64,000 bases of DNA, taken from the NCBI RefSeq assembly GCF_964194155.1, contig NC_135901.1:5394001-5458000 (forward strand), in the 5' to 3' direction. Made by a program: the position numbers and the translations under genes. Below are positions 24,219 to 36,719 of the stretch, piece after piece. This DNA comes from Cetorhinus maximus. Taxonomy: Eukaryota. The notes beneath the pieces were generated by a model. The model saw only the letters and a list, made by a program, of their open reading frames with translations. It was not told the origin of the DNA and ran no database searches. The stretch's first letter is position 1; each line of letters opens with the position of its first letter.

Positions 24219-25062
24219 TGCCGTGGTATAACCGAGCCTGCCTGGCATGCTAAACTGCGCTGTAACGCTGCAGCAATCTGAGTCTCTGTTGCGGAGAAAT
24301 GAAATACAGCTGCGATTCTCAGGAACGCTGCAGCGAGACTGATGTAACAATGTCATCATAAAATGGCCTAGCACCATGTATTCATCCAAAAGGCTTAAAA
24401 GGCCCTTCCAACATCCGATCCGAGGGCCCTTTTTAAACGAGAACACTAATTAATCGCAATTTGCTTCTCTCTCTTAATGAACCCGTTTTTCCCTCCCTTT
24501 CATTTAAATTGCTGAATTCCCTTTTGAAAAAGTCGTTTCTGCAGAATCCATGCCTGGTTTGCTTTAATTCACAAGGTTCACACGACGATTTGGACTTGGG
24601 TTCCTAATATACTTCGCCAGATGAACATGATGTAATTATACAATTGATCTCATCGAATTTGCGAAAGTGTTACTTTTTCAACCTTAGTATTTTTACAATC
24701 TTATTACTTTTGCTCCACAGCCCTTCAATCGAGGGTGCGATATTACAGAGGAAAATGTTTGATCCGGAGTTTAACAGGGCCCTGCCAAGATCACGTGCTT
24801 CAATTGTTTGTTTAATTCATTTGGTTTGAAATAATTTTGTTCCTGGACCGGAATCTTACAGAGGATAAATATTTGTATCGCAAACAGGGTAGTGCTGAGC
24901 TACCAGAATGTTTGGAGGATTCCAATAGTTGGACTGACCAGGGAAGCTGACAAGCAAGCCTTCAAAATCACTGATGATCATTTCTTTACCCGTTACTGCC
25001 CTTCAGTTCGCTGACACTGCCGACAGGTTTCTCACACAAAATGGTTTGTTTGGTTAACGTTT

Positions 25063-25125
25063 GGTCACCGGCCATCGAGCCCAGGCCGTGGTGGAGAAAG
25101 CATTGACTCCGAACCACCCGGGTCC
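25063..25125 (-). pseudogene. Degenerate tRNA-Glu(TTC)-like sequence
   Basis: atcgagcccaggccgtggtggagaaagcattgactccgaaccac aligns with the reverse complement of vertebrate tRNA-Glu. Confidence 0.5.
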
Positions 25126-25299
25126 ACCATCACCAGCTCCGTGCTGCCCTGTCCATCATTCTTGTGTCAGTTAATCCATCCTGCCTCACTCTCTATCACA
25201 GATCTTCCCTTTTGTTCTTTTTACAGAGTGATTCCTGCCTTTTCAATCAGGAAAAGCTGGAAATAGCAGGCAGAGAGAGAAACAGAGTTAATGGTTTTT

Positions 25300-26020
25300 T
25301 TCTTATTCGTTCATGGGATGTGGGCATCACTGGCTAAGCCAGCATCCTTAAATTGCCCATTTTTTCAGGGGGCAGTTAAGAGTCAGCCACATGTAGGCTA
25401 GTCCAGGTAAGGACAGCGGATTTCCTTCCCTAAAGGTCACGAGTGAACCAGATGGGGTTTTGTAGACTTTTAATTCCAGATTTTTGTTGAATTAAAATTT
25501 CACCATCTGCTATGGTTGGACCACCAGAGCATTACCCTAGGTCTCTGGAATACCAGTCCAGTGAAAATACCACTATGCTACATCAAAACTGGTAAATGCT
25601 AGAGATGTAACAGGTTTGAAACAGATACAGAGGAGAGGAGGAAAGAACAAAAGGGAAGGTATGTGATAAGTTGGTAGGAGCAAGAGAGATGGAGGGAGCA
25701 GCGGACTGGTATTTTCACTGGACTAGTACTCCAAAGGCCCAGGGTAGTGTTTGAATCCCACCATGGCAGGTGGTGAAATTTGAATTAAAAGTCTAAATGA
25801 TGAAACCATCAATTGTCATTAAAAACCCATCGATTCGCGAATGTCCTTCAGGAAATCTGCTGTCCTTACCTAGTCAGGCCTACATGTGAATCTAGATGCA
25901 CAATAATGTGGTTGACTCTGAAATGGCTGAGCAAACCACTCGGTTCTCAAGAGCAATTAGGAATAGCCAATATAATGTTGGCCCAGCCAGTACTGCCTAC
26001 ATCCTATGAATGAATGAAAA
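25300..26020. mobile_element. Two tRNA-derived SINEs in opposite orientation (25300-25580 minus; 25700-26020 plus)
   Basis: ggtattttcactggactagt head, tttgaatcccaccatggcag B box, gaatgaatgaaaaaa tail. Confidence 0.7.
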
Positions 26021-27209
26021 AAGCACAAAAGGGATGATGATGCCATTCTGTATCAATCAGTTCTCTCTGCTCTCAGTTCTGTCCCACACTGAAAACTCTC
26101 AATCCTTCCCCTCCGTTACCCGGGACAAACATTTCATTGAACAAGCCACACAAGTAACACAGGAAAATAAATCTTCACTGTGACTTGGATAATTTCAGGT
26201 GCAGTTCCTTAATTTCCCTCCTGTAATCTTATGAATTAGACCATTCTCAACTGGATCTCATCGGATGTGGACCCGATGCTATCAGTCCTCCAGGAAGTGA
26301 CTATTCTAATTCTGTGACTCTGAGCAGTTCTGTTGGTACAGGGGCTTGAGTGGAACTTGCCACTTTTAAACTGTCATAAGAGCATAAAAAATAGGAACAG
26401 GAGTAGACCATTCGGCCCCTCGAGCCTGCTCCGCCACTCAATAAGGTCATGGCAGATCTTGTGTTTCGATTTCCACATTCCCATCTAACCCCGATAGCCT
26501 TTGATTCCCTTGCCTAACAAGAATCTATCCACCTCTGCCTTAAAAATATTCAATCATCATTCATTGCATATCAGACCCGCACCTACAAACTGCTCTCCCA
26601 CTCTTCCGGTGAAGAAAAGAGCAGTTTTCACTCCTAACCCAACAACTGTGATGTTAACAAAGCGGGATGGAGATAGACTCCGTTTAAATGCGGTATCACT
26701 ACTGGAGGAATGGAGAGCTGGGGTTCACTCCAGAAAACAGCATCAATGTTTAAAGTTAATAATCTGAATCTGTGCTTGGTGTATTAGGAGGTTTGACCCG
26801 TATTGGAGTATCTTGCATCCCAGGGATGGGCAGTAACCCGCTGATTGAAGTTGCTGTCACTGTTTTCTGTTTGCAGTGGGTAATTGGAGAGGGTGGGGCA
26901 AAATCCTACTGCTTTTCCCTGTCTCACTCACGATGGAGCAGGGAAGACAGAATTGTTGATGGGTTTGTTGCCCTGTCTGAAACGTAGCTTTGACCGACTG
27001 TTCGTGATGGAGATCATGCTGCAGGAGCCTTTAATAATCTTACACAAATCAGCTGGCAAATGCAGGTTTGAGGGAAGCTTTCTGAACCATCAGGACTGGA
27101 AATGGAAACAAGTGAAAGATTCTGTCTAGTTTCAGTGTGTACAGACTGTACAGGGGAAGAGCTAATGTCTCATGGCTGTAAGGTATTACATACAGTTAAT
27201 ATTTAACAA

Positions 27210-27281
27210 TAAAGATGAATTATTGCTCACACTTAAAATATGTTTTGATAATGCTTCTGCCTAGTTTCAAACAGGGGACCC
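27210..27281 (-). pseudogene. Truncated remnant of tRNA-Val 3' half plus trailer
   Basis: gttttgataatgcttctgcctagtttcaaacaggggacc aligns with gttttcataatgtttctgcctggtttcgaaccggggac. Confidence 0.6.
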
Positions 27282-27929
27282 AGGAACTCTAGTTCCTATT
27301 TCTTATGATTGATAATCAATGTATATCGATAAACCTGTAGCAGACCTATATACTCTGCATTTTAATTGGATTTATCAGATGTGTGCACCACTATGAGCTG
27401 GGTTGTGGACTGTAATATCTTCACTCTTCTCTGGTGATCTTCTCCAGAAAGGCTGGTGTAGATAGAATCACTTGGTCTGCAATATAGTCACTGTGAGAAT
27501 GATAATGGAACAATTTTCTGTCAAATGTTCAGTGACACCCGATCACTTACCGAGTGATTATGTAAAAATCTAATTCAAATAATCACAGCCACTGCCGATG
27601 AGGGAGGGAAGGAAGCGGCAGAGGCAGCTGATCAGATTGTCTCAATCTTAGTGACAAAGAAGCTCCATGAGCTCCTCACACTTGTTGTTGGAGGTGAGGA
27701 TGGAGGGGACAGGGGTGAGAGAGAGCACTTCAGAAGGAACTAACTTGGGTTAGAAATATTGAAAAGACTCAAGACACTGTGTGTTTAACACAAAGCTAAT
27801 CTAATTGACCTTTATTTACAATATCAGCCAGAATAACTGGGCTGGAGTTTATTAATATCATCAGAAACAGACCCCAATACACATAATTCAGTCCTGAATG
27901 TGATTAACAGCAAAATCCAACCATTGTCA

Positions 27930-29135
<1,206 letters not shown>

Positions 29136-29414
29136 GTTCAAAATCCAATGATATTTAGGTTATGACAAATTGGGCGACTCTGTCAGGTTCTGATGTGATG
29201 TTTGGTTTGTGTTTCCCGACTGCAAATCCTCTCCTTCTAATACCCTGTGAAATTGATTTAAAACAGAAAAAGGGAGTGAGAGAGAACCCACAAAAACAGG
29301 TTGTGAAATTGAGCTGAACGAATCTGGTAATTTGTGGGGCCGGCACCAGGAAAAAGAGACCATGAAAACTGCTGGATTGTCCTAAAAACCCAACTGGTTC
29401 ACTAATATCCTTCA

Positions 29415-31540
29415 GAAACATAGAAATTAGGAGCAGGAGAAGGCTATTCAGCCCTTTGAGCCTGCTCCACCATTCAATATGATCATGGCTGTTCCTCTAT
29501 CTCAACGCCATATTCTTGCTTTCTCTCTAATCCCCCTGATGCCCCTAATATCCAAAAAATGATCAATTTCTTCTTTGGCTATACTCAGTGACCCGGCCTC
29601 CACAGGTTTCTGTGGTAGAGAATTCCACAGGTTGACCACCCTCCGAGTGAAGAAATTTATCCTCATCTCAGGGAAGGGAACCTGCTACGTGGTCTATGCC
29701 CACTCAAGACTCTGTCCACAAATTTCAAAATTGTGCCTGAACACTGAAGTCTGGGTTATTTATATGTATCAGGAACAGCGCGGGTCCGAACACTGACTCC
29801 TGGGGAACTCCGCTCTTAACCTTCCTCCAGTCTGAAAAACATCCATTAACCATGACTCTCTGTTTCCTGTCACTCAGCCAATTTCGTATCCATGTTGCTG
29901 CTGTCCCTTTTATCCCATGAGCTATAATCTTTGCTCACAAGTTTGTTGCATGGTACTTTATCTAATGCCATTTGGAAGTCCATGTAACACAACATTAACA
30001 GCATTACCCTGAACAACACTTTCTGTTACCTCATCAAAAACCTAAAGCAATTTAGTTAAACGTGATTTTCCCTTAACAAATCCATGCTGGCTTTCCTTAA
30101 TTAACCCACATTTTCTCAAGTGACTATTAAATATGTCCTGAATTACCATTTCTGGAAGTTTCCCCAGCACCGAGATTAAACTGACTGGTCTGTAGTTGCT
30201 GGGCTTCTCTTTACACCTTTTTTGAACAAAGGTGTAACATTTGCAATTCTCCAGTCCCTGTGTCAGCAACTCTAAATCTCAGGAAGACTGGAAAATTATG
30301 GCCAGCGCTTCCACAATTTCCACTCTCATTTCCCCTCAGTATCCTTGGATGCATCTCATCCAGTCCTGGGGTTTTGTCAACTTTGTCAGACAGACTATCC
30401 AATATCTCCTCCTTATCAATTTTAAACCCCACAAGGGTCTGAACTATCTCCTCTTTCAGAATCACCTGTGCAGCATATTTTCCCTTGGTAAAGGCAGATG
30501 CAAAATATTCATTTAATACCTCATCCATGACCCCTGTCTCCATGCATAAATCACCTCTTTGGTCTCTAATTGCCTCCACTCCTCCTTTTACCACCCTCTT
30601 ACTATTTACATGCCCATGGAAGACTTCTTGATTTATTTCCATGTTTGCTTTCAGTCTCTTTTCATGCTCTCTTTGCTTTTCTTATTTGGTTTTCCAAATC
30701 TCTCTGAACCTTCTCTATTCAGCCTGGTTCTTGGTTTTATTATCCAGCTAACATGTGTCATAAGCACACTTTTTCTCCTTTATCTCAATCTCTATCTCTT
30801 TTCTCATCGAGGGGGCTGTGGATTTGTTTACTCTACCTTTCCCCTTCATGGCAATATATCTTTACTGTGTCAGAACTCTCTTCTTTGAAGGCAGTGCATT
30901 GTTCAGTTACAGTTTCACCTGCCAACTTTTGATTCATAAGACCATAAGATGTAGGAGCGGAAGTAGGCCATTTGGCCCATCGAATCTGCTCCGCCATTCA
31001 ATGAGGTCATACCTGATCTGATAATCCTCAACTCCACTTTCCTGCATAGCCCTTGATTCTCTTACAGGTTAAAAATCTGTCTATCTCAGCCTTGAATATA
31101 CTTAACGACCCAATCTCTACAGCCCTCTGCGTTAAAGAATTCCAGATTCACTACCCACTGAGAGAAGAAATTCTTTATTGTCTCTGTCTTAAATGGGCGA
31201 CCCTTTACTCTGAGATTATGTCCCCTGTTCCTAGACTCTCCCATTCAGCATCTACCCTGTCAAGACCCCTAAAAATCTTGTCTGTTTCAATAAGGTCACC
31301 TCTCACACTTCTAAACTCCAATGAGTACAGGCCCAGCCTACTCAACCTCTCCTCATAAGAAAATCCCTCCATACCCGGGATCAACCTCGAGAGCCTTCTC
31401 TGGACTGCCTCCAATGCCAGCATATCTTTGCTTAGAGAAGGGGACCAAAACTGTTCACAGTATTCTAGGTGTCGTCCAACTAGTGCCTTATATAGTTTGA
31501 GCAAGACTTCCCGATTTTTAAACTCCATTCCCTTTGAAAT
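29415..31540 (-). mobile_element. Nested CR1 LINE fragments
   Basis: NYRPVSL, SQHGFVKGKS, LGLYSLEFRSVRGDLIET. Confidence 0.85.
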
Positions 31541-31954
31541 TCCAACTTACCTGGGTCAGATCCATTCTTACCCCATTGAAGTTGGCTTTCCCCCAGTTAA
31601 TTATTCTTACCCTTACTTGAAACAGATAAGTTGTTTACCTTCCACATTAAAAGTTTGATGATATTCAGGTCCTGACGAATCACATGACTCTGTCAGATCT
31701 TGATGTGATGGAGTTTCCCGTCCATCAATCCTCTGCCTCTGATATCCTGGAAAAGAAATTTCCAAAATCCATGACTGTCAGTCCAGGATAGACATTCAGA
31801 GGAAAAATACATTTCTCTTGGTTTGCGTTTGGTGTGTGTAAATCCTCCCCTTTTAACCCCCTGTAAAAAGAGTTTCCAAAATCCATCCCTGTCAGTCCAG
31901 GATAGACATTCACAATATTCTCTCCTCCTGCTGACAGGGAAAGGGATGAACGCG

Positions 31955-33840
31955 CATGTGGGGAGCATTTTAGTGATAGCGACCACAACATGGTACAATT
32001 TAAGCTTGTTTTGGACAAAGAAATAGATAAGTTGCAAAAAAAATGTTTTGGACTGGGGGAGAGCAGATTTTAGTAAAATAAGGCAGGATCTGGCCAAGGT
32101 AGACTAGGAACAGCTACTTGTGGGGAAATCTACAGAAGAGCAGTGGGGGGCATTCGAAAAGCAAATGGGAAGGGTACAGGCTCAACAGGTTCCCTCTAGG
32201 GTGATAGGAAGGAGTAACAAGCCCAGAGAACCATGGATGACCAGAAATATTCAGGATACGATGAGAAGGAAAAGAGAGGCTTTTAGCAGGTACAAGGGGA
32301 GCAAATCAGCGGAGGCATTAGTAGAATAGAAAAAGTGCAGGGTGGATCTTAAGCACAGAATCACAAAGTGCAGAAGAGGCCCTTCGGCCCATTGAGTCAG
32401 CGCCCACACGTGAGAAATACCTGACGTACCTAATCCCATTTACCAGCACTTGTCCCATAGCCTTGAATGTTACGATGTGCCAATTTGCTCATCCAGGTAC
32501 TTTTTAAAGGATGTGAGGTAACTCGTCTCCACCACCCTCCCAGGCAGTACATTCCAGACTGTCACTCTGGCTCCACTCATAGATTTCCCCCTTGGTCCAT
32601 AATGGGCCTGACCCTTTTCCTGGTTATCCTCTTCCTATTGATTTACTTATGGAATATCTTGGGATTTTCCCTGCCTTTCCAGCTAGAACTTTCTCATACC
32701 CCCTGTTTGCTCTCCTAATTGCTTTGGGAGTGTCTTGGGCTACAAGAAGATATAGACGGGATGGTCAAATGGGCAGATAAGTGGCAGATGGAATTTAACC
32801 CTGAGAAATGTGAGGTGATACACTATGGAAGGAGTAATTTGACAAGGAAGTATTCAATAAACGACATGACACCAGGAGTCTTGAGGAACAAAGGAGCCTT
32901 GGCATGTATGTTCATAGATCTCTGAAGGCGGAGGGGCATGTCAGTGGGGTGGTAAAAAAGGCAGATGGTGCATTTGCTTTTTTCAATTGAGGCATAGATT
33001 ACAAAAGTAGGGAGGTCATGTTGGAGTTGTATAGAACCTTGGTGAGGCCACAGCTGGAGTACTGTGTGCAGTTCTGGTAGCCACATTATAGGAAGGATGT
33101 GATTGCACTGGAGGGGATGCCGAGGAGATTCACCAGGATGTTGCCTGGGATGAAACATTTAAGTTATGAAGAGAGGTTGGATAGACTTGGGTTGTTTTCG
33201 TTGGAGCAGAGAAGACTGAGGGGCGACCTGATCGAGGTGTACAAGATTATGAGGGGCATGGACAGGGTGGATCGGGAGCAACTGTTCCCCTTAGTTGAAG
33301 GATCAGTCACGAAGGGACACAAGTTCAAGGTGAGGGGCAGGAGGTTTAGGGGGGATGTGAGGAAAAACGTTTTTACCCAGAGGGTGGTGACGGTCTGGAA
33401 TGTGCTGCCTGAGAGGGTAGTGGAGGCGGGTTGCCTCAAATCCTTTAAAAGCTGGAAATCTCTTCTTGGGCCTCCACCTATCACTGGCCCCCTGTCGAGC
33501 TTTCCTGCCCCACCCCCTTCTACCAGCTTATATTTCATCTCATTTCTATATGTTTTAATTCTGATGAAGGGTCATACGGACTCGAAATGTCAACTGTATC
33601 CCTCTCCACAGATGCTGTCAGACCTGCTGAGTTTTTCCAGGTATTTTTGTTTTTGTTCTAGATTTCCAGCCTCCGCAGTATTTTGCTTTTATCCTTTAAA
33701 AAGTACCTGGGTGAGCACTTGGCGCATCATAACATTCAAGGCTATGGGCCGAGTGCTGGTAAATGGGATTATGTAGGTAAGTAGGTCAGGTGTTTCTCAC
33801 GTGTCGGTGCAGACTCGATGGGCCGAAGGGCCTCTTCTGA
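31955..33840 (+). mobile_element. CR1 LINE (deleted, interrupted)
   Basis: WADKWQMEFNPEKC, LGLFSLEQRRLRGDLIEVYKIM; close to copy at 61770-63100. Confidence 0.88.
33440..33701 (+). mobile_element. Solo Penelope terminus with hammerhead, inserted in CR1, TSD atcctttaaaa
   Basis: CTGATGA-A-GGGTC-ATACG-GACTC-GAAA-TGTC-AACTG at ~33561; uninterrupted site in related CR1 at ~62937. Confidence 0.82.
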
Positions 33841-35215
33841 TAGACTGTCCACCAATATCCATTACAAGCCTACTGACTCCCACAGCTACCTCACACCCGG
33901 CTTCCTGTAAGGACTCCATCCCATTCTTTCAGTTCCTTCGCCTCCGTTCTGATGATGCCACTTTCAAAAACAGTTCCTCTGACATGTCCTCCTTCTTCCT
34001 TAACTGAGGTTTTCTACCCACGGTTGACAGGGCCCTCAACCGTGTCTGGCCCATCTCCCGCACATCCGCCCTCACACCTTCTTCTCCCTCCCAGAAACAT
34101 GATAGGGTCCCCCTTGTCCTCACTTATCACCCCACCAGCCTCTGCATTCAAAGGATCATCCTCCGCCATTTCCGCCAACTCCAGAATGATGACACCACCA
34201 AACAAATCTTCCCTTCACGCCCCCGGCGGCATTCCGCAGGGTTCGTTCCCTCCGGGACACCCTGGTCCACTCCTCCATCACCCTCTACACCTCAATCCCC
34301 TCCCATGGCACCTCACATGCAACCGCAAAAGATGCAACACCTGCCCCTTTACTTCCCCTCTCCTCACCGTCCAAGGGCCCAAACACTCATTTCAAGTAAA
34401 GCAGCATTTCACCTGTACTTCCCTTAACTTAGTCTACTGCATTCGTTGCTCCCAATGCGGTTTCCTTTACATTGGAGAGACCAAACGCAGACTGGGTGAC
34501 CGCTTTGCAGAACACCTTCGTTCTGTCCGCAAGTATTACCCAGACTTCCCTATCGCTTGCCATTTCAACACTCCACCCTGCTCTCATGCCCACATGTCCG
34601 TCCTTGGCTTGCTGCATTGTTCCAGTGAAGCTCAACGCAAACTGGAGGAACAGCACCTCATCTTCCGACTCAGCACTTTACAGCCTTTCGGACTGAATAT
34701 TGAGTTCAACAATTTTAGATCATGAACCCTCTCCTCCATCCCCAGCCCCTTTATGATTTTCCCCCCTCCTTTTTGTTTTTTCCAATAATTTATATAGATT
34801 TTTCTTTTCCCACCTATTTCCATTATTTTTAAATGTATTTCCATCCACTATTTTATCTCTACCTTTTAGCCTTTTTCGATTCCTTCACCCCATCCCACCC
34901 CCACCAGGGCTACCTGTACCTTGCTTGCCCTGCTTTCTACCCTTAATTAGCACATTCCTTTAGATAATATCATCACCTTCAACACCTCTTTGTCCTTTTG
35001 TCTGTGACATCTTTTGGTTATCTCCACCTATCACTGGCCCTCTATCCAGATCTCTTGTCCCAACCCCCTCCCCCCTTACACCAGCTTATATTTCACCCCT
35101 TTTCTATTTTTCCTTAGTTCTGTTGAAGAGTCATGCGGACTCGAAACGTTAACTGTGTTCCTCTCCGCAGATGCTGCCAGACCTGCTGAGTTTTCCCAGG
35201 TATTTTTGTTTTTGG
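33841..35215 (+). mobile_element. Penelope-like retroelement, 5'-truncated (RT C-terminus, GIY-YIG endonuclease, terminal repeat with hammerhead motif)
   Basis: YKPTDSHSYL; NLVYCIRCSQCGFLYIGETKRRLGDRFAEHL..KLEEQHLIFRL. Confidence 0.92.
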
Positions 35216-35259
35216 CCTCTTCTACTTTGTGTGATTCTAAGTCCAGCTGCACGTTTCCC

Positions 35260-35725
35260 ACTAGAAAGATGGCGGCGGCGGCGCATGCGCCCTGCTGCAC
35301 ATTGTCCCCTATACAAATGGCGGCGGTTTACTCGGGCCTCTCTCCGAAGGTAAAGCGGGCCCCACTTGCCGCCGCTTCGTTTGATGTAACCGCAGAACCG
35401 GTAGCTTCTTATTCACGGTTTCAGACCTCTACTGGGTGTTTATGAAGATCCCCGCCATCTCCGCCGCTTCCATTCCTCCCCACTCACCGGCTCCCTTCAC
35501 TCGCCTGTCTTCCATATTTCTCAGTCCATCAGTCAGCTCCGGACTCTCTGGACTGCGCATGCTCCGGTTTGAGCTCACTGAGTTTGTTCCTGTCGTTGCC
35601 CGGTACTGCGCCTGCGCAAGGAGCTCCGCTAACCCATGTAGAGCACCGCCCACATCCCGTGAATGAATAAAAAGAATAGGGTCCATTCCGCCCCGCGGCG
35701 AATGCTGGGTAAACAGGCTGCCATT
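35260..35725 (-). promoter_or_regulatory. CpG-rich promoter/first exon, probably of the ZNF at 29135
   Basis: ZNF143-like site 35694-35711, NRF1 sites (tgcgcctgcgca, gcgcatgcgc), YY1 AAGATGGCGGC; paralogous to 51890-52320 and 61330-61710. Confidence 0.7.
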
Positions 35726-35796
35726 GAAACGTTATTGTGTTCAACAGAAAATTACGTTTTGTGATCCGATGCTGATTGGAGCCACAGGGCCAGGAT

Positions 35797-36067
35797 ATAA
35801 AATTATTATAAAAGCAAAATTATGCGGATGCCGAAAATCTGAAACAAAACAGAAAACGCTGGAAAAACTCAGCAGTTCTGACAGCAACTGTGGATAGAGA
35901 AACAGACTTGATGTTTCGAGTCCGTATGACACTTCTTCAGAGCTGACTCTTGTTCAGCTCTGACAAATCTTACGGACTTGAAACGTCAAGTCTGTTTCTC
36001 CACAGATGCTGTCAGACCTGCTGAGTTTTTCCAGCACTTTCTGTGTTTGTGTTACATAAAATTATTA
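35797..36067. mobile_element. Fold-back Penelope-terminus insertion, TSD ataaaattatta
   Basis: Head-to-head arms each with a hammerhead-like motif; 12-mer at 35797 and 36056. Confidence 0.8.
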
Positions 36068-36379
36068 AGTCCATTGATACGGCAACCAAAGTGCACTGGT
36101 ACTCCAATCTATCTTCATAACTGAAGATTCTCATCCCTGGAACCATTCTTGTAAACCTCGTATTCACTCTCTCCAATGCATCACATCCTTGCTATACTGT
36201 GGCACCCAGAACTGTCCCGGAAAAGTTAACAGCAGAACATACACCTATGGTTAATTGTAGACTGTTTGAACATGTGACTTTTGTTCCCATACTCAGAACA
36301 TTCAAACTCTGTGTTGTCAGTAGAAATGTAGCAATTTTGGATCAAAGCCTCTGAAGGTTTAAAACTGGTGTGTTAACAA

Positions 36380-36485
36380 GTGGGCACAGTGAGTAAACCC
36401 CTTTGCACAAATGCAGTATCTGAATGGTCTCTCTCAGGTGTAACTGTGTTGCTGTGTCAGCGAATGGGGTGACCGAGTGAATCAC
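36380..36485 (-). pseudogene. Decayed zinc-finger remnant
   Basis: gaatggtctctctc..gtgtcagc linker trace; paralogous to ~51430-51545 and ~63260-63400. Confidence 0.55.
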
Positions 36486-36486
36486 T

Positions 36487-36625
36487 TCTGCTGAAGAAGA
36501 GTCATACAGATTCGAAACATTAACTCTGTTTCTCTCTCCACAGCTGCTGCTAGACCCACTGAGTTTTTTCCAGCATTTTATGTTTTTATTTCAGATTTCC
36601 AGCATGCACAGTATGTGGCTTTTAT
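36487..36625 (+). mobile_element. Penelope-terminus fragment with hammerhead motif
   Basis: CTGAAGAAGAGTCATACAGATTCGAAACATTAACTC. Confidence 0.7.
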
Positions 36626-36719
36626 ATGAGTCATTTCCATATTGAGCTGGTGAATGACCTTTTCGTGATTTTACCCATGATTTTCCAGCTCAAACTGGGA
36701 TCTCAAATCCTTCTGATAA

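Larger units (their letters stand above)
19290..24940. repeat. Tandem ~1.7-kb tDNA unit, ~3.5 copies (19290-20768 lacking its tRNA; 20769-22469; 22470-24145; 24146-24940 partial)
   Basis: Long near-identical blocks, e.g. 20860-21900 vs 22560-23600 vs 24240-24940. Confidence 0.93.

Noticed and set aside
20999-24829. Recurrent short ORFs in the 1.7-kb unit
   Set aside because: Recur only through duplication; starts and stops differ between copies
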